Of a stretch of 64,000 bases of DNA, positions 10,294 to 20,334 are shown piece after piece. The notes under the pieces are model-generated. The model searched no databases. It saw only the letters and a list, made by a program, of their open reading frames with translations, and had not been told where the DNA came from. Origin of the DNA: Opitutia bacterium UBA3534 (lineage in GTDB: Bacteria; Verrucomicrobiota; Verrucomicrobiia; Opitutales; UBA3534). Made by a program: the position numbers and the translations under genes. Where the stretch lies: assembly GCA_002376875.1 (NCBI GenBank), contig DFOT01000002.1, positions 185,653 to 249,652 on the forward strand, in the 5' to 3' direction. Position 1 is the stretch's first letter. Every line of letters begins with the position of its first letter.

Positions 10294-11867
10294 CAGGACT
10301 CCTTCTTTGCAGCCTTTACTTCTTCGACAGGCAATTCAATAATGAAGGTAGTGCCTTCACCCGCCTTAGTCTCGAAACTAATGCGGCCATGATGCTGCTC
10401 TACAATAACAGAGTGACTAATAGCAAGCCCCTGGCCTGTTCCTTTACCCACTTCTTTTGTAGTAAAAAACGGATCAAAAATCTTAGCCTGAGCAGACTCA
10501 GGAATACCCATACCACTATCTTGAACACGGACTTCTACAAAATCGCTCTTCAATGCTGTGCTCACCTTAATTACGCCCTGACCCGTGCTGCCATCGCCAA
10601 CCTTATCCCCGATTGCATGAGAGGCATTCACAATGAGATTCAGTATGGTTTGGTTAAACTCATCCGGAAAAAGCGGTATCAACGGGAGGTCCTCGGCAAA
10701 ATCAGTCTCAAGTGTGGCCACATACTTCCACTCGTTACGACTGACAGAAATCGTAACCTCTAGAGCCTTGTTAACGTCAGAAAGAACTTGGTTTTCTGAG
10801 CCTGGGTGCGAGAAGTCTTTCATTGACTTGACTATCTTACTCGTGCGCCGGACTCCTTCCTTAGACTGCTCTAAAGCCTTAGGGAGCTCTTCAATAAGAA
10901 ACTCAAGATCAACATCCTTCTCCAGCTTCTCAATGCTCTCGACAAGCTCTCCCGGGTCTTGCTTTTCTTTGATGCGCCCAATTAATTCCTTATGCTCTTT
11001 AAGGATACTTTCGATATCATTAAAGGCGTCCTCAAAAAACTGGATATTATCACCCACATACTGAATAGGCGTATTAATTTCATGCGCTATTCCTGCAGCC
11101 AACTGACCAATAGACTCTAACTTTTGAGCATTTAAAAGCTGCAACTCAAGCACCTTGAGCTTAGTAATATCATACCCGTAAATGTTTACGTAATCGACAC
11201 CCTTAATAGGCACAATAAGCAAAGAATAGTGCTTGTCATTATGCTTAAGCTCTTTCTCCTTCATCTCGCCCGAGGCATAAACTTCTCTTATTTCCTCAAG
11301 CCACTCTCCTTCAACAGAAGCATCTGGCTTACATCCCCAGCTTTCAAGGATAGGGTATGCTGGGGTATTCAAATACAAAATTTTACCTTCTTTATTTACA
11401 CGTAGAATCGGGCTTGGGCTTTCAGAAGGAAATCGTGCTATTCCTTCCATGCGGCGTTCGGCTTCCTGACGCTTTGTTACATCACGAATCACAAACACAG
11501 CTGTTTTTTCATCCTGAGAAGAATTAAAAGTCTTCCCTGAAATCTCTACAATAATCCGTTTATCCTCTTGATAAAAATCAAAAAATGGGAGCCTATACTC
11601 CTTATCTTCCAAAACAAGCACCGCAGGGTGATTTTCCTTAGACACCTCTTGCCCTTCTTGCTTTAAAGGTAAAATTTCATGCAGAGGCTGCCCCAATATG
11701 CCTGTCAAGCGCTCGAGGTTCACCATCCTTTCAAAAGATGCGTTACTCCACTCAACCTCCCCTTTTGCATTTGTCCAAACAATACCCTCAGCGATAGCCC
11801 CTAGGGCAATCTCCATCTTACCTAAGGTGCTGCGTAATTTTTGAACAAGAACAGAAAGGTTTAACAT
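10293..11867 (-). CDS. PAS-domain sensor histidine kinase
   Basis: Two PAS-like segments, H-box AAGIAHEINTPIQYV, N-box LNLIVNASHA, G-boxes QDSGMGI and GKGTGQGLAIS. Shares 1 nt with the downstream RR gene. Confidence 0.88.
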   Translation of the reverse strand: MLNLSVLVQKLRSTLGKMEIALGAIAEGIVWTNAKGEVEWSNASFERMVNLERLTGILGQPLHEILPLKQEGQEVSKENHPAVLVLEDKEYRLPFFDFYQEDKRIIVEISGKTFNSSQDEKTAVFVIRDVTKRQEAERRMEGIARFPSESPSPILRVNKEGKILYLNTPAYPILESWGCKPDASVEGEWLEEIREVYASGEMKEKELKHNDKHYSLLIVPIKGVDYVNIYGYDITKLKVLELQLLNAQKLESIGQLAAGIAHEINTPIQYVGDNIQFFEDAFNDIESILKEHKELIGRIKEKQDPGELVESIEKLEKDVDLEFLIEELPKALEQSKEGVRRTSKIVKSMKDFSHPGSENQVLSDVNKALEVTISVSRNEWKYVATLETDFAEDLPLIPLFPDEFNQTILNLIVNASHAIGDKVGDGSTGQGVIKVSTALKSDFVEVRVQDSGMGIPESAQAKIFDPFFTTKEVGKGTGQGLAISHSVIVEQHHGRISFETKAGEGTTFIIELPVEEVKAAKKES

Positions 11868-11870
11868 AAT

Positions 11871-12233
11871 TTAATTATCCAAAGGCCGCATGACTGCAGC
11901 GATTATCCATTTATCACTTTTTTTCTCCGCGAGAATAAAATGCTCAGCATTAAAAACCTCACCGGATCGCTTACGGGCTTTCAAAACAAGGGCCTTATTA
12001 AGGACGTTATGAGGCTTTCCTGTAGCCAAAAAACGAGAGAAACCAGCATTATGGGCTGTCCTAAACTCCTCAGGAATAACAACATCCAACGTCTCCCCGA
12101 TCACTTCATCACAATTCCATTCAAAAACAGAGCCAAAGGCTTCATTTGCATAAGAAATTACCCCATCCTCGCTCACCATCACAACAGGGTGATCCTGGTA
12201 TTTTCTTATTTCATCTATAGTTTTGGGGTACAC
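11871..12233 (-). CDS. stand-alone PAS domain protein
   Basis: 120 aa. PAS-like core (VVMVSEDGVISYANEAFGSVFEW ... GETLDVVIPEEFR ... H). First gene of the PAS-HK-RR unit. Confidence 0.65.
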   Translation of the reverse strand: MYPKTIDEIRKYQDHPVVMVSEDGVISYANEAFGSVFEWNCDEVIGETLDVVIPEEFRTAHNAGFSRFLATGKPHNVLNKALVLKARKRSGEVFNAEHFILAEKKSDKWIIAAVMRPLDN

Positions 12234-12416
12234 AGAAAAAAGACTTCGGTTACACTAAAGAGTACACATAATGCTATACCTTAACACGTTAGGATGCAAG
12301 AAAAAGGAAGCCCTAAAACACCAACCCTAATTAAGATAATAAGCAATTAAAACCATTAGTAAACTAAATCCTTCTAATGTCCCCCAAAAGCCTTTAGTAT
12401 CTCGGGATATTAGCTT

Positions 12417-13586
12417 ATGACACCTGTCTTAACCCCCATCCTTGAAGCACTGAATGACCATCAAGCAGCCCTACATGCTATTCAAGAAATCTTGCTGGCA
12501 AATACCGTACTGTTTAGTGAAATCCCTGCTCCTACCTTTCGAGAAAAACAACGCATTCGTTTTTTGCTCGATCGCTTCACCGAAGAAGGGCTCGAAAATG
12601 TTTCTCGGGATGAGGTCGATAATGGCATTGGAATCCTCCCTGGGACCGAAGGTAAAAACAATATCCTCATTGTTGCTCATGTAGATACTCCCTTCGATGC
12701 TGCAACAGACCATACTGTAAGTGTAAGCGCCGAAACACTCCAGGGGCCTAGTATCGGAGATAACACCCTAGGCCTTGCAGCTATAGCATCGCTACCCACG
12801 ATGCTCAAACAGCTAGACGTTAAGCTCAAGAACAACCTTATCCTGATGGGCTCTTCCCAAAGCTTAGGGCGCGGGGACCTCCAAGGGTTACGTTTTTTCT
12901 TAGACAATAACACACGCCCTATTCAAGCAGGTGTCTGTGTTGAAGGCGTTCATCTAGGGCGCCTAAGTTACTCCGCCCTAGGGATGTTTCGGGGCAATAT
13001 TACCTGCGAGATTCCAGATGACTATGACTGGACCCGCTTCGGTGCCCAAGGTGCTATAGACATCCTGGCTCACGTCATCAGTAGCATCCAGCAAATCCCA
13101 CTACCACGAGACCCGCGTACATCTATTCTATTTGGCTCTATTTCCGGAGGTACCGGTTATAACGCACCCCCCAGTACTGCCCGGCTGTGCTTTGAAGTAC
13201 GTAGTGAAGATGCTCAAACGGTTAATTCCATTCATCAAAAAATAACAGACATCACCACTAGAATCACAGAAGAGACTGAAGTCAATATCCACTTTGATAC
13301 GCTCGCACAACGTGCCCCAGGAGGCATCCCTTACGCACACCCACTCGTCAAAACCACACGCCAAATCATGGAAGCACTTGAGATTAAAGCGCGCATTGCG
13401 CCTTCCTCTGGCGAACTGGCCGCCCTTATTTCCAAGGAGATACCCAGTGTTACGGTAGGCCTTACAACAGGGATCCATATTAACGAGCACGACGAGACCA
13501 TCCAAATTAAGCCCATTTTTAAAGGGATCACTCAACTCATTGCACTCCTTCAAGCCATAGATCAAGAAGGAGGGAATTATGCATAA
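12417..13586 (+). CDS. M20-family metallopeptidase / deacylase
   Basis: 389 aa. ILIVAHVDTPF metal-ligand strand and a dimerisation-domain-like middle, with overall ArgE/DapE/PepT-like layout. Confidence 0.6.
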   Translation: MTPVLTPILEALNDHQAALHAIQEILLANTVLFSEIPAPTFREKQRIRFLLDRFTEEGLENVSRDEVDNGIGILPGTEGKNNILIVAHVDTPFDAATDHTVSVSAETLQGPSIGDNTLGLAAIASLPTMLKQLDVKLKNNLILMGSSQSLGRGDLQGLRFFLDNNTRPIQAGVCVEGVHLGRLSYSALGMFRGNITCEIPDDYDWTRFGAQGAIDILAHVISSIQQIPLPRDPRTSILFGSISGGTGYNAPPSTARLCFEVRSEDAQTVNSIHQKITDITTRITEETEVNIHFDTLAQRAPGGIPYAHPLVKTTRQIMEALEIKARIAPSSGELAALISKEIPSVTVGLTTGIHINEHDETIQIKPIFKGITQLIALLQAIDQEGGNYA

Positions 13587-14544
13587 CATTGAATCCTGGC
13601 TAGAGAACAATACCTTTCACCATTCTCAGTGGTGGAACATACTTGCACTCATCGAAGAGAAAAAGCGCAAGAACCTTAAAATCTCTTTATGCATCCCTAC
13701 ATTCAATGAAGAAGCGACCATCGGCAAGGAGGTCATTATCTTCCGCTCTGAACTGATGGAGCGCTACCCACTCTTAGATGAAATAGCAGTCATTGATTCA
13801 GGCTCCACAGATAAAACCTGTGAGATTGCACGCTCCTTCGGGGCCGATGTTTACTTCTCAGGAGACATCCTCCCTGAGGAAGGCCACCACAAAGGCAAAG
13901 GCGAGAACCTATGGAAGTCTGTCTACCAGCTCAAAGGAGATATCATTTGCTATGTGGATGCTGACATCCGCAATATCCACGCACGCTTCTGCTACGGTCT
14001 AATTGCCCCACTGCTCTACCGTGATGAAATCAAATACGTCAAAGCATTTTATGACCGCCCCTTGGCCTACTCCCACGGGAAGCGCCGCTCCGGAGGTGGC
14101 CGTGTAACAGAAATCCTAATACGCCCCTTGTTCTCGCTCTTTTTCCCAGAGCTTACTGCACTGATCCAACCCCTTTCTGGTGAGTACGCCGTCAGGCGTG
14201 AAGTGCTCGAGTCCATCCCCTTCCCGACTGGTTACGGTGTAGAAACCTCCCACCTGCTTGATGTCTATAACAAATGGGGCCTAGAGGCACTCGCTCAAAC
14301 GGATCTAGACCAACGGATCCACCGCAACCAGCCCAATCATGCCCTAGGGAAAATGGCCTTTGGAATTCTCCAAACTTTCTTAAACCGTATGAAGGCCTAC
14401 GGATTAACTCCCCTCCCAGAAATAACCCCCTTCTTGCGTCAGTTCGAAGCCCAGGAAGACCACTACCATCAAATCCTCCACGAAATCCAAGAAGAAGAAC
14501 GCCCCCCTATGAACGAACTAAGCGCCTACCAAAACCGCGCCTAA
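13579..14544 (+). CDS. gpgS: glucosyl-3-phosphoglycerate synthase (GT81)
   Basis: IPTFNEEATIG, DSGSTD, VDADI, GGGRVTEILIRPL, QPLSGEYA, GYGVE and HRNQP are collinear with mycobacterial GpgS as I remember it. Confidence 0.75.
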   Translation: MHNIESWLENNTFHHSQWWNILALIEEKKRKNLKISLCIPTFNEEATIGKEVIIFRSELMERYPLLDEIAVIDSGSTDKTCEIARSFGADVYFSGDILPEEGHHKGKGENLWKSVYQLKGDIICYVDADIRNIHARFCYGLIAPLLYRDEIKYVKAFYDRPLAYSHGKRRSGGGRVTEILIRPLFSLFFPELTALIQPLSGEYAVRREVLESIPFPTGYGVETSHLLDVYNKWGLEALAQTDLDQRIHRNQPNHALGKMAFGILQTFLNRMKAYGLTPLPEITPFLRQFEAQEDHYHQILHEIQEEERPPMNELSAYQNRA

Positions 14545-14551
14545 AAAGCTT

Positions 14552-15598
14552 GTGATATCAAACAAGTCTTATCTTACTAAAAATACTTTATTCCTTATGC
14601 TCAGACGTATCTTGATTCTTTGTTTCGCTATTTTTATTGGGCCAACACTCCAGGCTCATGTCACCCCACCGACGACCTCCTCAAAAGGCCAGGACTTCTC
14701 CTACTCAGACGCATTGGTTTTGGGCCTTATCCAAGGCGTAACAGAATTTCTCCCCATCTCTTCTACAGGGCATCTTATCCTTGCTAATCACTTTCTAGAA
14801 TTAGACCAAGAGATCCCCCTATTCAATGAAGCCGGGGAGCTCATCGTCAAATACCCCGCAACAAATGAGGCCTCTGCACAACCCTATACACTTAAAGATG
14901 CTGCTTACGCCTATAATGTAGTCTTACATGCCGGCACCATTTTGGCCATCTGCATTCTTTATTGGAAATACATCCTAGAAATGATCTGCGGCTTATTCGG
15001 CCGTAACGCCAATGGCTTACTTTTATTGCGCAACCTATTTGTAGCATTTATCCCAGCCGGAGCTGTCGGGTACTTCCTGCACGATGCCATTAACATTTAC
15101 CTTTATACCCCTAAAATGGTGGGGGTAGCCCTTGTTTTAGGGGCTTTTATCATGATTAGCGTAGAGAAATGGCGCCAAACACGCCCTGTGCCTCAAACCA
15201 ACGGATTTGGCCCACAGCTCCATGAGCTCACCGTTAGGCGCTCTTTATGCATTGGCTTGCTCCAAACTTTGGCTATGTGGCCCGGGACCAGCCGCTCAAT
15301 GATGACTATCGTTGGGGGGTATCTTGTCGGATTTAACCCAAAACGGGCCGCAGAGTTCAGCTTTTTGCTCGGATTAATGACCGTTTCTGCTGCTTCTTTG
15401 TATAAAATTTATAAAGAAGGCATGGATATGATGAATGTCTTGTACTGGGAGCCTATGCTTTTTGGCTGCTTAATTGCCCTAATTTCTGGGGTTTTAGCCA
15501 TTAAGACATTTATACATCTACTTACCCGTTATGGACTTGCGCCTTTTGCCTGGTACCGAATCGTCCTGGCTGTAGTGACCCTCGTAGCCCTTACATAA
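14552..15598 (+). CDS. uppP: undecaprenyl-diphosphate phosphatase
   Basis: TEFLPISSTGHL, PGTSRS and AAEFSFLL motifs. GTG start is uncertain; ATG 14597 is possible. Carries an N-terminal extension and a loop insertion. Confidence 0.85.
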   Translation: MISNKSYLTKNTLFLMLRRILILCFAIFIGPTLQAHVTPPTTSSKGQDFSYSDALVLGLIQGVTEFLPISSTGHLILANHFLELDQEIPLFNEAGELIVKYPATNEASAQPYTLKDAAYAYNVVLHAGTILAICILYWKYILEMICGLFGRNANGLLLLRNLFVAFIPAGAVGYFLHDAINIYLYTPKMVGVALVLGAFIMISVEKWRQTRPVPQTNGFGPQLHELTVRRSLCIGLLQTLAMWPGTSRSMMTIVGGYLVGFNPKRAAEFSFLLGLMTVSAASLYKIYKEGMDMMNVLYWEPMLFGCLIALISGVLAIKTFIHLLTRYGLAPFAWYRIVLAVVTLVALT

Positions 15599-15713
15599 AA
15601 ATATAAGAATATCAATAAGAGGTCCTGCCCTATTTAAGGCCAGAGTGTCGTTAATTCCCTTGACTAGGAACGGCTTTCACTCTAACTAATATGGCCTTTA
15701 TCATTTATTTATC

Positions 15714-15893
15714 ATGGCTCAACCCAAACGCAAACAATCTAAACAACGTAGTCGCAAACGTCGCGGCGCTAATCGCTTTGAAGCTCCACAGCTCTCTAAG
15801 GATCCTACTGATGGTACGGCTTTTATGCCACACCGTGTAAATCCTAATAATGGGATGTACCGTGGACGTCAGGTCCTCGAGGTCAGCGTTTAA
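15714..15893 (+). CDS. rpmF: 50S ribosomal protein L32
   Basis: Hand-translated 59-aa ORF (MAQPKRKQSKQRSRKRRGANRF...) below the ORF-track cutoff, in the classical position upstream of plsX-fabH. Confidence 0.85.
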   Translation: MAQPKRKQSKQRSRKRRGANRFEAPQLSKDPTDGTAFMPHRVNPNNGMYRGRQVLEVSV

Positions 15894-15909
15894 CCTAAAA
15901 CGCTATTAA

Positions 15910-17013
15910 TTGATTGTGGGCTCCTCTTCTTTGCAACCGCGTGAAACCGTCGGACCTATTGCAATTGATGCAATGGGAGGCGATCGCGGACCCGCAGAAG
16001 TTGTAGCAGCCTGCAAACTTGCCCTCCAGGAAGGCCTTATCTGCAAGGAGCTGATCCTTGTTGGAGACGAGGCTATCCTAACTCCTCTTCTCAAAGAGGA
16101 AGGGCTTGAAGACCACCCACAACTCCGCGTATACCATGCCTCCCAGGTCATTGGCATGGAAGAAAAGCCGATCCAAAGCTTGCGCCAAAAGAAGGATGCT
16201 TCAATGGTGCGTGCCTTGGAACTTGTGAAGGCTGATCAAGCCGAAGCTGTTTTAAGCTGCGGGAATACAGGCAGCCTGATGGCCGGCGGGACACTAAAGC
16301 TACGCCCAATGTCCGGGCTAGAGCGCCCTGCCTTAGCAACTGTAATCCCTAGCCGCGACCACCGCTTCATCCTTTTGGATGTAGGCGCCAATCCAGATTC
16401 TTCACCCGAGCACCTCGTCCATAACGCCATTCTCGGTTCTTGCTATTGCGAGATTGCTCTAGGAATTAAAAGACCACGTGTAGGCTTACTTACTATCGGA
16501 ACTGAGGAATTCAAAGGCACTGACCGCATTCAAAAAACGCACGATCTACTTAAAAGCCTCGAGGGAATCATTCACTACGAAGGCCTTATCGAAGGTTTCC
16601 AACTTTTCAATAACGAGATTGATGTTGTTGTGTGTGACGGTTTCACGGGTAATGTACTGATTAAGTCCTGGGAGTCACTCATCCTGAACATGGGTGCCTA
16701 CATCAAAGATAATTTAAAGCAAAGCATCTGGGGTAAACTCGGAGCACTCTTAGCCTCTGGTGCAGCGCGCAAACTTAAAAAAGAACTTAGCCCAGAAGGT
16801 TATGGAGGCGCTCCACTACTCGGGCTCCAAGGAACAGTTCTTAAAGCACACGGTTCGAGCAACCGTCATTCCCTCAAAAGTGCCATCCGGATGGCTCAAG
16901 ACATGGTCCAGCAAAACATGGTGAAGCATATCGAAGAAAGCCTCACTGAAGCTAGCCAACGCCTAGAAGCAGCCCAGGCAGACACTCCTTGTAAACAAAA
17001 CGCTTTCAACTAA
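15910..17013 (+). CDS. plsX: phosphate acyltransferase PlsX
   Basis: IAIDAMGGD opening, GNTG, and conserved order after rpmF. The TTG start is uncertain. Confidence 0.9.
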   Translation: MIVGSSSLQPRETVGPIAIDAMGGDRGPAEVVAACKLALQEGLICKELILVGDEAILTPLLKEEGLEDHPQLRVYHASQVIGMEEKPIQSLRQKKDASMVRALELVKADQAEAVLSCGNTGSLMAGGTLKLRPMSGLERPALATVIPSRDHRFILLDVGANPDSSPEHLVHNAILGSCYCEIALGIKRPRVGLLTIGTEEFKGTDRIQKTHDLLKSLEGIIHYEGLIEGFQLFNNEIDVVVCDGFTGNVLIKSWESLILNMGAYIKDNLKQSIWGKLGALLASGAARKLKKELSPEGYGGAPLLGLQGTVLKAHGSSNRHSLKSAIRMAQDMVQQNMVKHIEESLTEASQRLEAAQADTPCKQNAFN

Positions 17014-17023
17014 ACGCCTCTTC

Positions 17024-18019
17024 ATGAGTGCTCCTTTACCATCTATTGTCATTCAAGGTACCGGCGCGTTTTGCCCCCCTAAAGTCCTCTCGAATGATGA
17101 TCTTGCCAAGAGGGTTGATACTTCGGATGAGTGGATCCGTACACGTACAGGCATCCAAGAGCGACGCATCGCTGAGGATAAAACAACATCCCAAATGGCT
17201 GTAGAGGCAGCCAAGCAAGCACTTCAAAATGCAAACCTCTCAGCACAAGACATTGACTTAGTCATCGTCAGCACTATCACCCCAGACATGCCCTTCCCTT
17301 CTACTGCGGCACTCGTTCAAGCCCAACTCGGTATTCCTGCAGTGGCTTGCTTTGACTTAGAGGCTGCTTGTTCTGGTTTTCTTTACGCACTCGAGGTCGG
17401 TACTCAAATGCTGCGCTCAGGGAATTATAAAAACGCCCTGCTCATTGGTGCAGAAAAGATGTCTAGTATTATAGACTGGGAAGACCGCAATACCTGCGTG
17501 CTCTTTGGTGATGGAGCTGGTGCTGTTGTTTTATCGAAAACTGAAGAAGCCGATACAGGCGTACTAGGGACCTTACTGGGAGCAGATGGCAGCAAAGGAG
17601 ACTTACTCTGTATGCCAGGAAGTGGCAGCTCTTGCCCCCCGACCCAAACCTCACTCGAGCAGCGCCAGCACTTCCTAAAGATGAATGGCCGTGAAATTTT
17701 TAAGTCCGCAGTCCGTGTAATGGAACAAGCGACTTGCGACATCCTAAAGCAACACCAACTCTCGACTTCAGACGTTGCTTGTATTGTCCCTCACCAGGCC
17801 AATATCCGTATTTTTGAAACATTAGCCGAGCGCCTAGAACTTCCCTTAGACCGTTTCTTTATGAATCTAGAGTCTTATGGTAATACTTCTGCAGCCTCAA
17901 TCCCGATTGCCCTTCATGAAGCCTGGGAACAAAACCGTTTAAAACCTGGGGACTTGATCCTTTTGGTTGCCTTCGGTGGTGGCTTAACTTGGGGATCAAG
18001 CCTAATCCGCTGGCAATAA
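17024..18019 (+). CDS. fabH: 3-oxoacyl-ACP synthase III
   Basis: DEWIRTRTGI, active-site ACSGF, HQANIRI, GNTSAASIP. Confidence 0.93.
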   Translation: MSAPLPSIVIQGTGAFCPPKVLSNDDLAKRVDTSDEWIRTRTGIQERRIAEDKTTSQMAVEAAKQALQNANLSAQDIDLVIVSTITPDMPFPSTAALVQAQLGIPAVACFDLEAACSGFLYALEVGTQMLRSGNYKNALLIGAEKMSSIIDWEDRNTCVLFGDGAGAVVLSKTEEADTGVLGTLLGADGSKGDLLCMPGSGSSCPPTQTSLEQRQHFLKMNGREIFKSAVRVMEQATCDILKQHQLSTSDVACIVPHQANIRIFETLAERLELPLDRFFMNLESYGNTSAASIPIALHEAWEQNRLKPGDLILLVAFGGGLTWGSSLIRWQ

Positions 18020-18064
18020 TATATTGCATTCCCCAAGAGGGAGTGCTGAACTAATAGTCCTATT

Positions 18065-19177
18065 ATGTACAAAATCCGTAAGATCATCACCATTTCTCTA
18101 CTCCTTTCATTGGCAACCCCTGTACACGCGGGCATTACCTGGTCAAAAGAAAACGGCTGGAACTTTGAAGGTGGCCTAATGGAGCGCTACTTTGGCTCTT
18201 CAGAAAAAGCCCGTAATGCCATCGAAATGATGAATCAAGCACGCGAGTACCAAGAGGAAGAGCAATACCGCAAAGCCCTCGGCCTCTACAAAAAAGTTTA
18301 CAAGCGCTACCGCTCCTCAGAGTTAGCCCCCGAGGCTTACTTCCAAACAGCCCAAATCCGTAAGACACGCAAGCAATATCGCGATGCTTTCGAAGCGCTC
18401 AACACAATCGTCAGCAACTACCCTGACTACGACAAATTTAACGAGGTCATCAACGAGCAAATCGAAATTGCCTCAGCCCTTATGGCAGGGAACCGCCCCT
18501 ACTACTTCGGCCTCATCCCAGGGCTGCGTGACTACCACAGCAGTATTAAGTTTTTTGAACGTATCGTAGACAATGCGCCTAACAGTAGCTTTGCACCTCA
18601 GGCTCTCATGAATATCGCTATGCTTAACAAAAAGCATGGCTCAACCGAGGAAACCGTGGATGCGTTAGACCGCATGATCAACAACTACCCCAATAGTGAT
18701 CTTACCCCAGATGCCTATCTCTTGCTTGCAAAAACCTATCGCAGCCAAGTAAAAGGCCCAGAATATGACCAAGGCTCTACCCGTGAAGCCATGAGCTACT
18801 ACGAAGACTTCACAATCCTTTTCCCGGATCACCCTAACCTTGCTGTAGCCGAAGAAGGCCTCCAAGCCATGAAAGACACTTACGCACGTAGTAGCCTTAT
18901 CATGGGAGACTTCTACCGTAACTACCGTAATAATAACCGCGCTGCTTTAGTCTTCTACAATAACACCATTACCTCAGCTCCAGTCTCTGAGGCGGCAACC
19001 CAGGCCAAGGAACAAATCCAGCTTATCAAAAAAGGCGTCCCTCCTCCCCGTACGCCCGTTGACTTTCTCTTTGGCCGTTATGACGAAGATCTAGCTAATG
19101 CAGGCCTAAATGACGTCTACCTCGAAGAAGATTTCGAAGGGAATGAAGATTTAGTTGCCCCAGGTCAAGAAACCTAA
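18065..19177 (+). CDS. BamD/YfiO-like TPR outer-membrane assembly protein
   Basis: Signal peptide and repeated xYPxS/D...A helices. The segment REAMSYYEDFTILFPDHP...LIMGDFYRNYRNNNRAALVFY resembles the BamD C-terminal pattern. No lipobox Cys. Confidence 0.55.
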   Translation: MYKIRKIITISLLLSLATPVHAGITWSKENGWNFEGGLMERYFGSSEKARNAIEMMNQAREYQEEEQYRKALGLYKKVYKRYRSSELAPEAYFQTAQIRKTRKQYRDAFEALNTIVSNYPDYDKFNEVINEQIEIASALMAGNRPYYFGLIPGLRDYHSSIKFFERIVDNAPNSSFAPQALMNIAMLNKKHGSTEETVDALDRMINNYPNSDLTPDAYLLLAKTYRSQVKGPEYDQGSTREAMSYYEDFTILFPDHPNLAVAEEGLQAMKDTYARSSLIMGDFYRNYRNNNRAALVFYNNTITSAPVSEAATQAKEQIQLIKKGVPPPRTPVDFLFGRYDEDLANAGLNDVYLEEDFEGNEDLVAPGQET

Positions 19178-19193
19178 TAGGCTCTATTCGTTA

Positions 19194-19679
19194 ATGAATA
19201 AGATTCGATTCCTCTTAGCGAGCCTGCTCCTGCTCTCGGGCTGTAGTCACTACCAAAAAGGACAAGGGGCCGAGCTAGCTTTCAGCACCCTTTATGTAGC
19301 GCCTGTACGCAATGACTCGATGGCTCCGCAAGCCCAAGCATTGCTCAGTAAGCAACTCATGGAAACGCTTATGGGTGACGGTCGTGTAGAGCTCACCTCT
19401 AAAGAATCCGCAGATGCTACGCTCGAGATCACGCTTAGTAAATACAGCCGCAGTATCTCTGCAACCCAAGAGCAAGATGCTTCTTTAGCTCAAAGCTACA
19501 CCCTCACACTAGAGGCCCATTGTGACCTAATCGACAATGAATCAGGCACGCCTTATTTTCATAAGCGGTCTGTCTCTGCTACCGTAAACAGCTTGGCCCC
19601 CTCAGAATATCAGGGCATGCCTTTCCTTACAAATAACCTCGCAAAAAAGATCAAAGACTTAGTCCTGAATGTCTGGTAA
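19194..19679 (+). CDS. LptE-like lipoprotein
   Basis: Lipobox LLLSGC at the ATG-19194 start. Size and alternating pattern resemble LptE, and it lies next to the BamD-like gene. Confidence 0.45.
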   Translation: MNKIRFLLASLLLLSGCSHYQKGQGAELAFSTLYVAPVRNDSMAPQAQALLSKQLMETLMGDGRVELTSKESADATLEITLSKYSRSISATQEQDASLAQSYTLTLEAHCDLIDNESGTPYFHKRSVSATVNSLAPSEYQGMPFLTNNLAKKIKDLVLNVW

Positions 19680-20325
19680 CCCCGCCATCCTTGCCCCTTC
19701 TATTCTTGCTGCTAACCACGCTCAACTGGCCGAAGGCCAACGCACAATTGTTGAGGCTGGTTTAAGCTGGGTCCACCTAGACATTATGGATGGACACTTC
19801 GTCCCCAATTTATCTTTCGGCCCTAAAACCGTTGCTGACCTACGCAAAGAGTCCGAGCTATACTTCGACACACACCTCATGCTCGATAACCCTCAGGACT
19901 ATATCGAGGCTTTCGCTAAAGCAGGCTCACAAAATATCACCATCCACGTAGAGCCTGATATCCCTGTTGAAGATACCCTTAAAGCCATCCGCGCACTCGG
20001 GTGCCATTGTGGTATTTCCCTGAACCCGGGTACCCCCATCGAAGACATCCAACCCTTCTTAGAGCTTGTAGATCTCGTTTTAATCATGACCGTTCAACCA
20101 GGGTTTGGCGGCCAATCCTTCCGAGAAGACCAACTCCCCAAGATTAAACAAACCGCCCAGTGGCGCGAAGAAAAAGGCCTTACTTATCGTATTCAAGTTG
20201 ATGGAGGGGTAGATGCCACCACAGGTCCTCTTTGTAAAGAACAAGGCGCTGATACCCTCGTTGCCGGAACCGCATTTTTTAAAGCCGAAGACAAGGAAGC
20301 CTTCATTACATTACTCCAGGAGTAA
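19669..20325 (+). CDS. rpe: ribulose-phosphate 3-epimerase
   Basis: PSILAAN, HLDIMDGHFVPN, MTVQPGFGGQ, VDGG. Confidence 0.93.
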   Translation: MSGNPAILAPSILAANHAQLAEGQRTIVEAGLSWVHLDIMDGHFVPNLSFGPKTVADLRKESELYFDTHLMLDNPQDYIEAFAKAGSQNITIHVEPDIPVEDTLKAIRALGCHCGISLNPGTPIEDIQPFLELVDLVLIMTVQPGFGGQSFREDQLPKIKQTAQWREEKGLTYRIQVDGGVDATTGPLCKEQGADTLVAGTAFFKAEDKEAFITLLQE

Positions 20326-20334
20326 CCCTCTTTT

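Noticed and set aside
13128-13610. 160-aa minus-strand ORF across the M20 peptidase / gpgS junction
   Set aside because: It is antisense to two genes that have clear family motifs, and it has no recognisable domain.
14274-14555. 93-aa Pro/Arg-rich ORF in an alternative frame of gpgS
   Set aside because: It is an out-of-frame overlap with the conserved GpgS C-terminus, and its Pro/Arg-rich composition is low-complexity.
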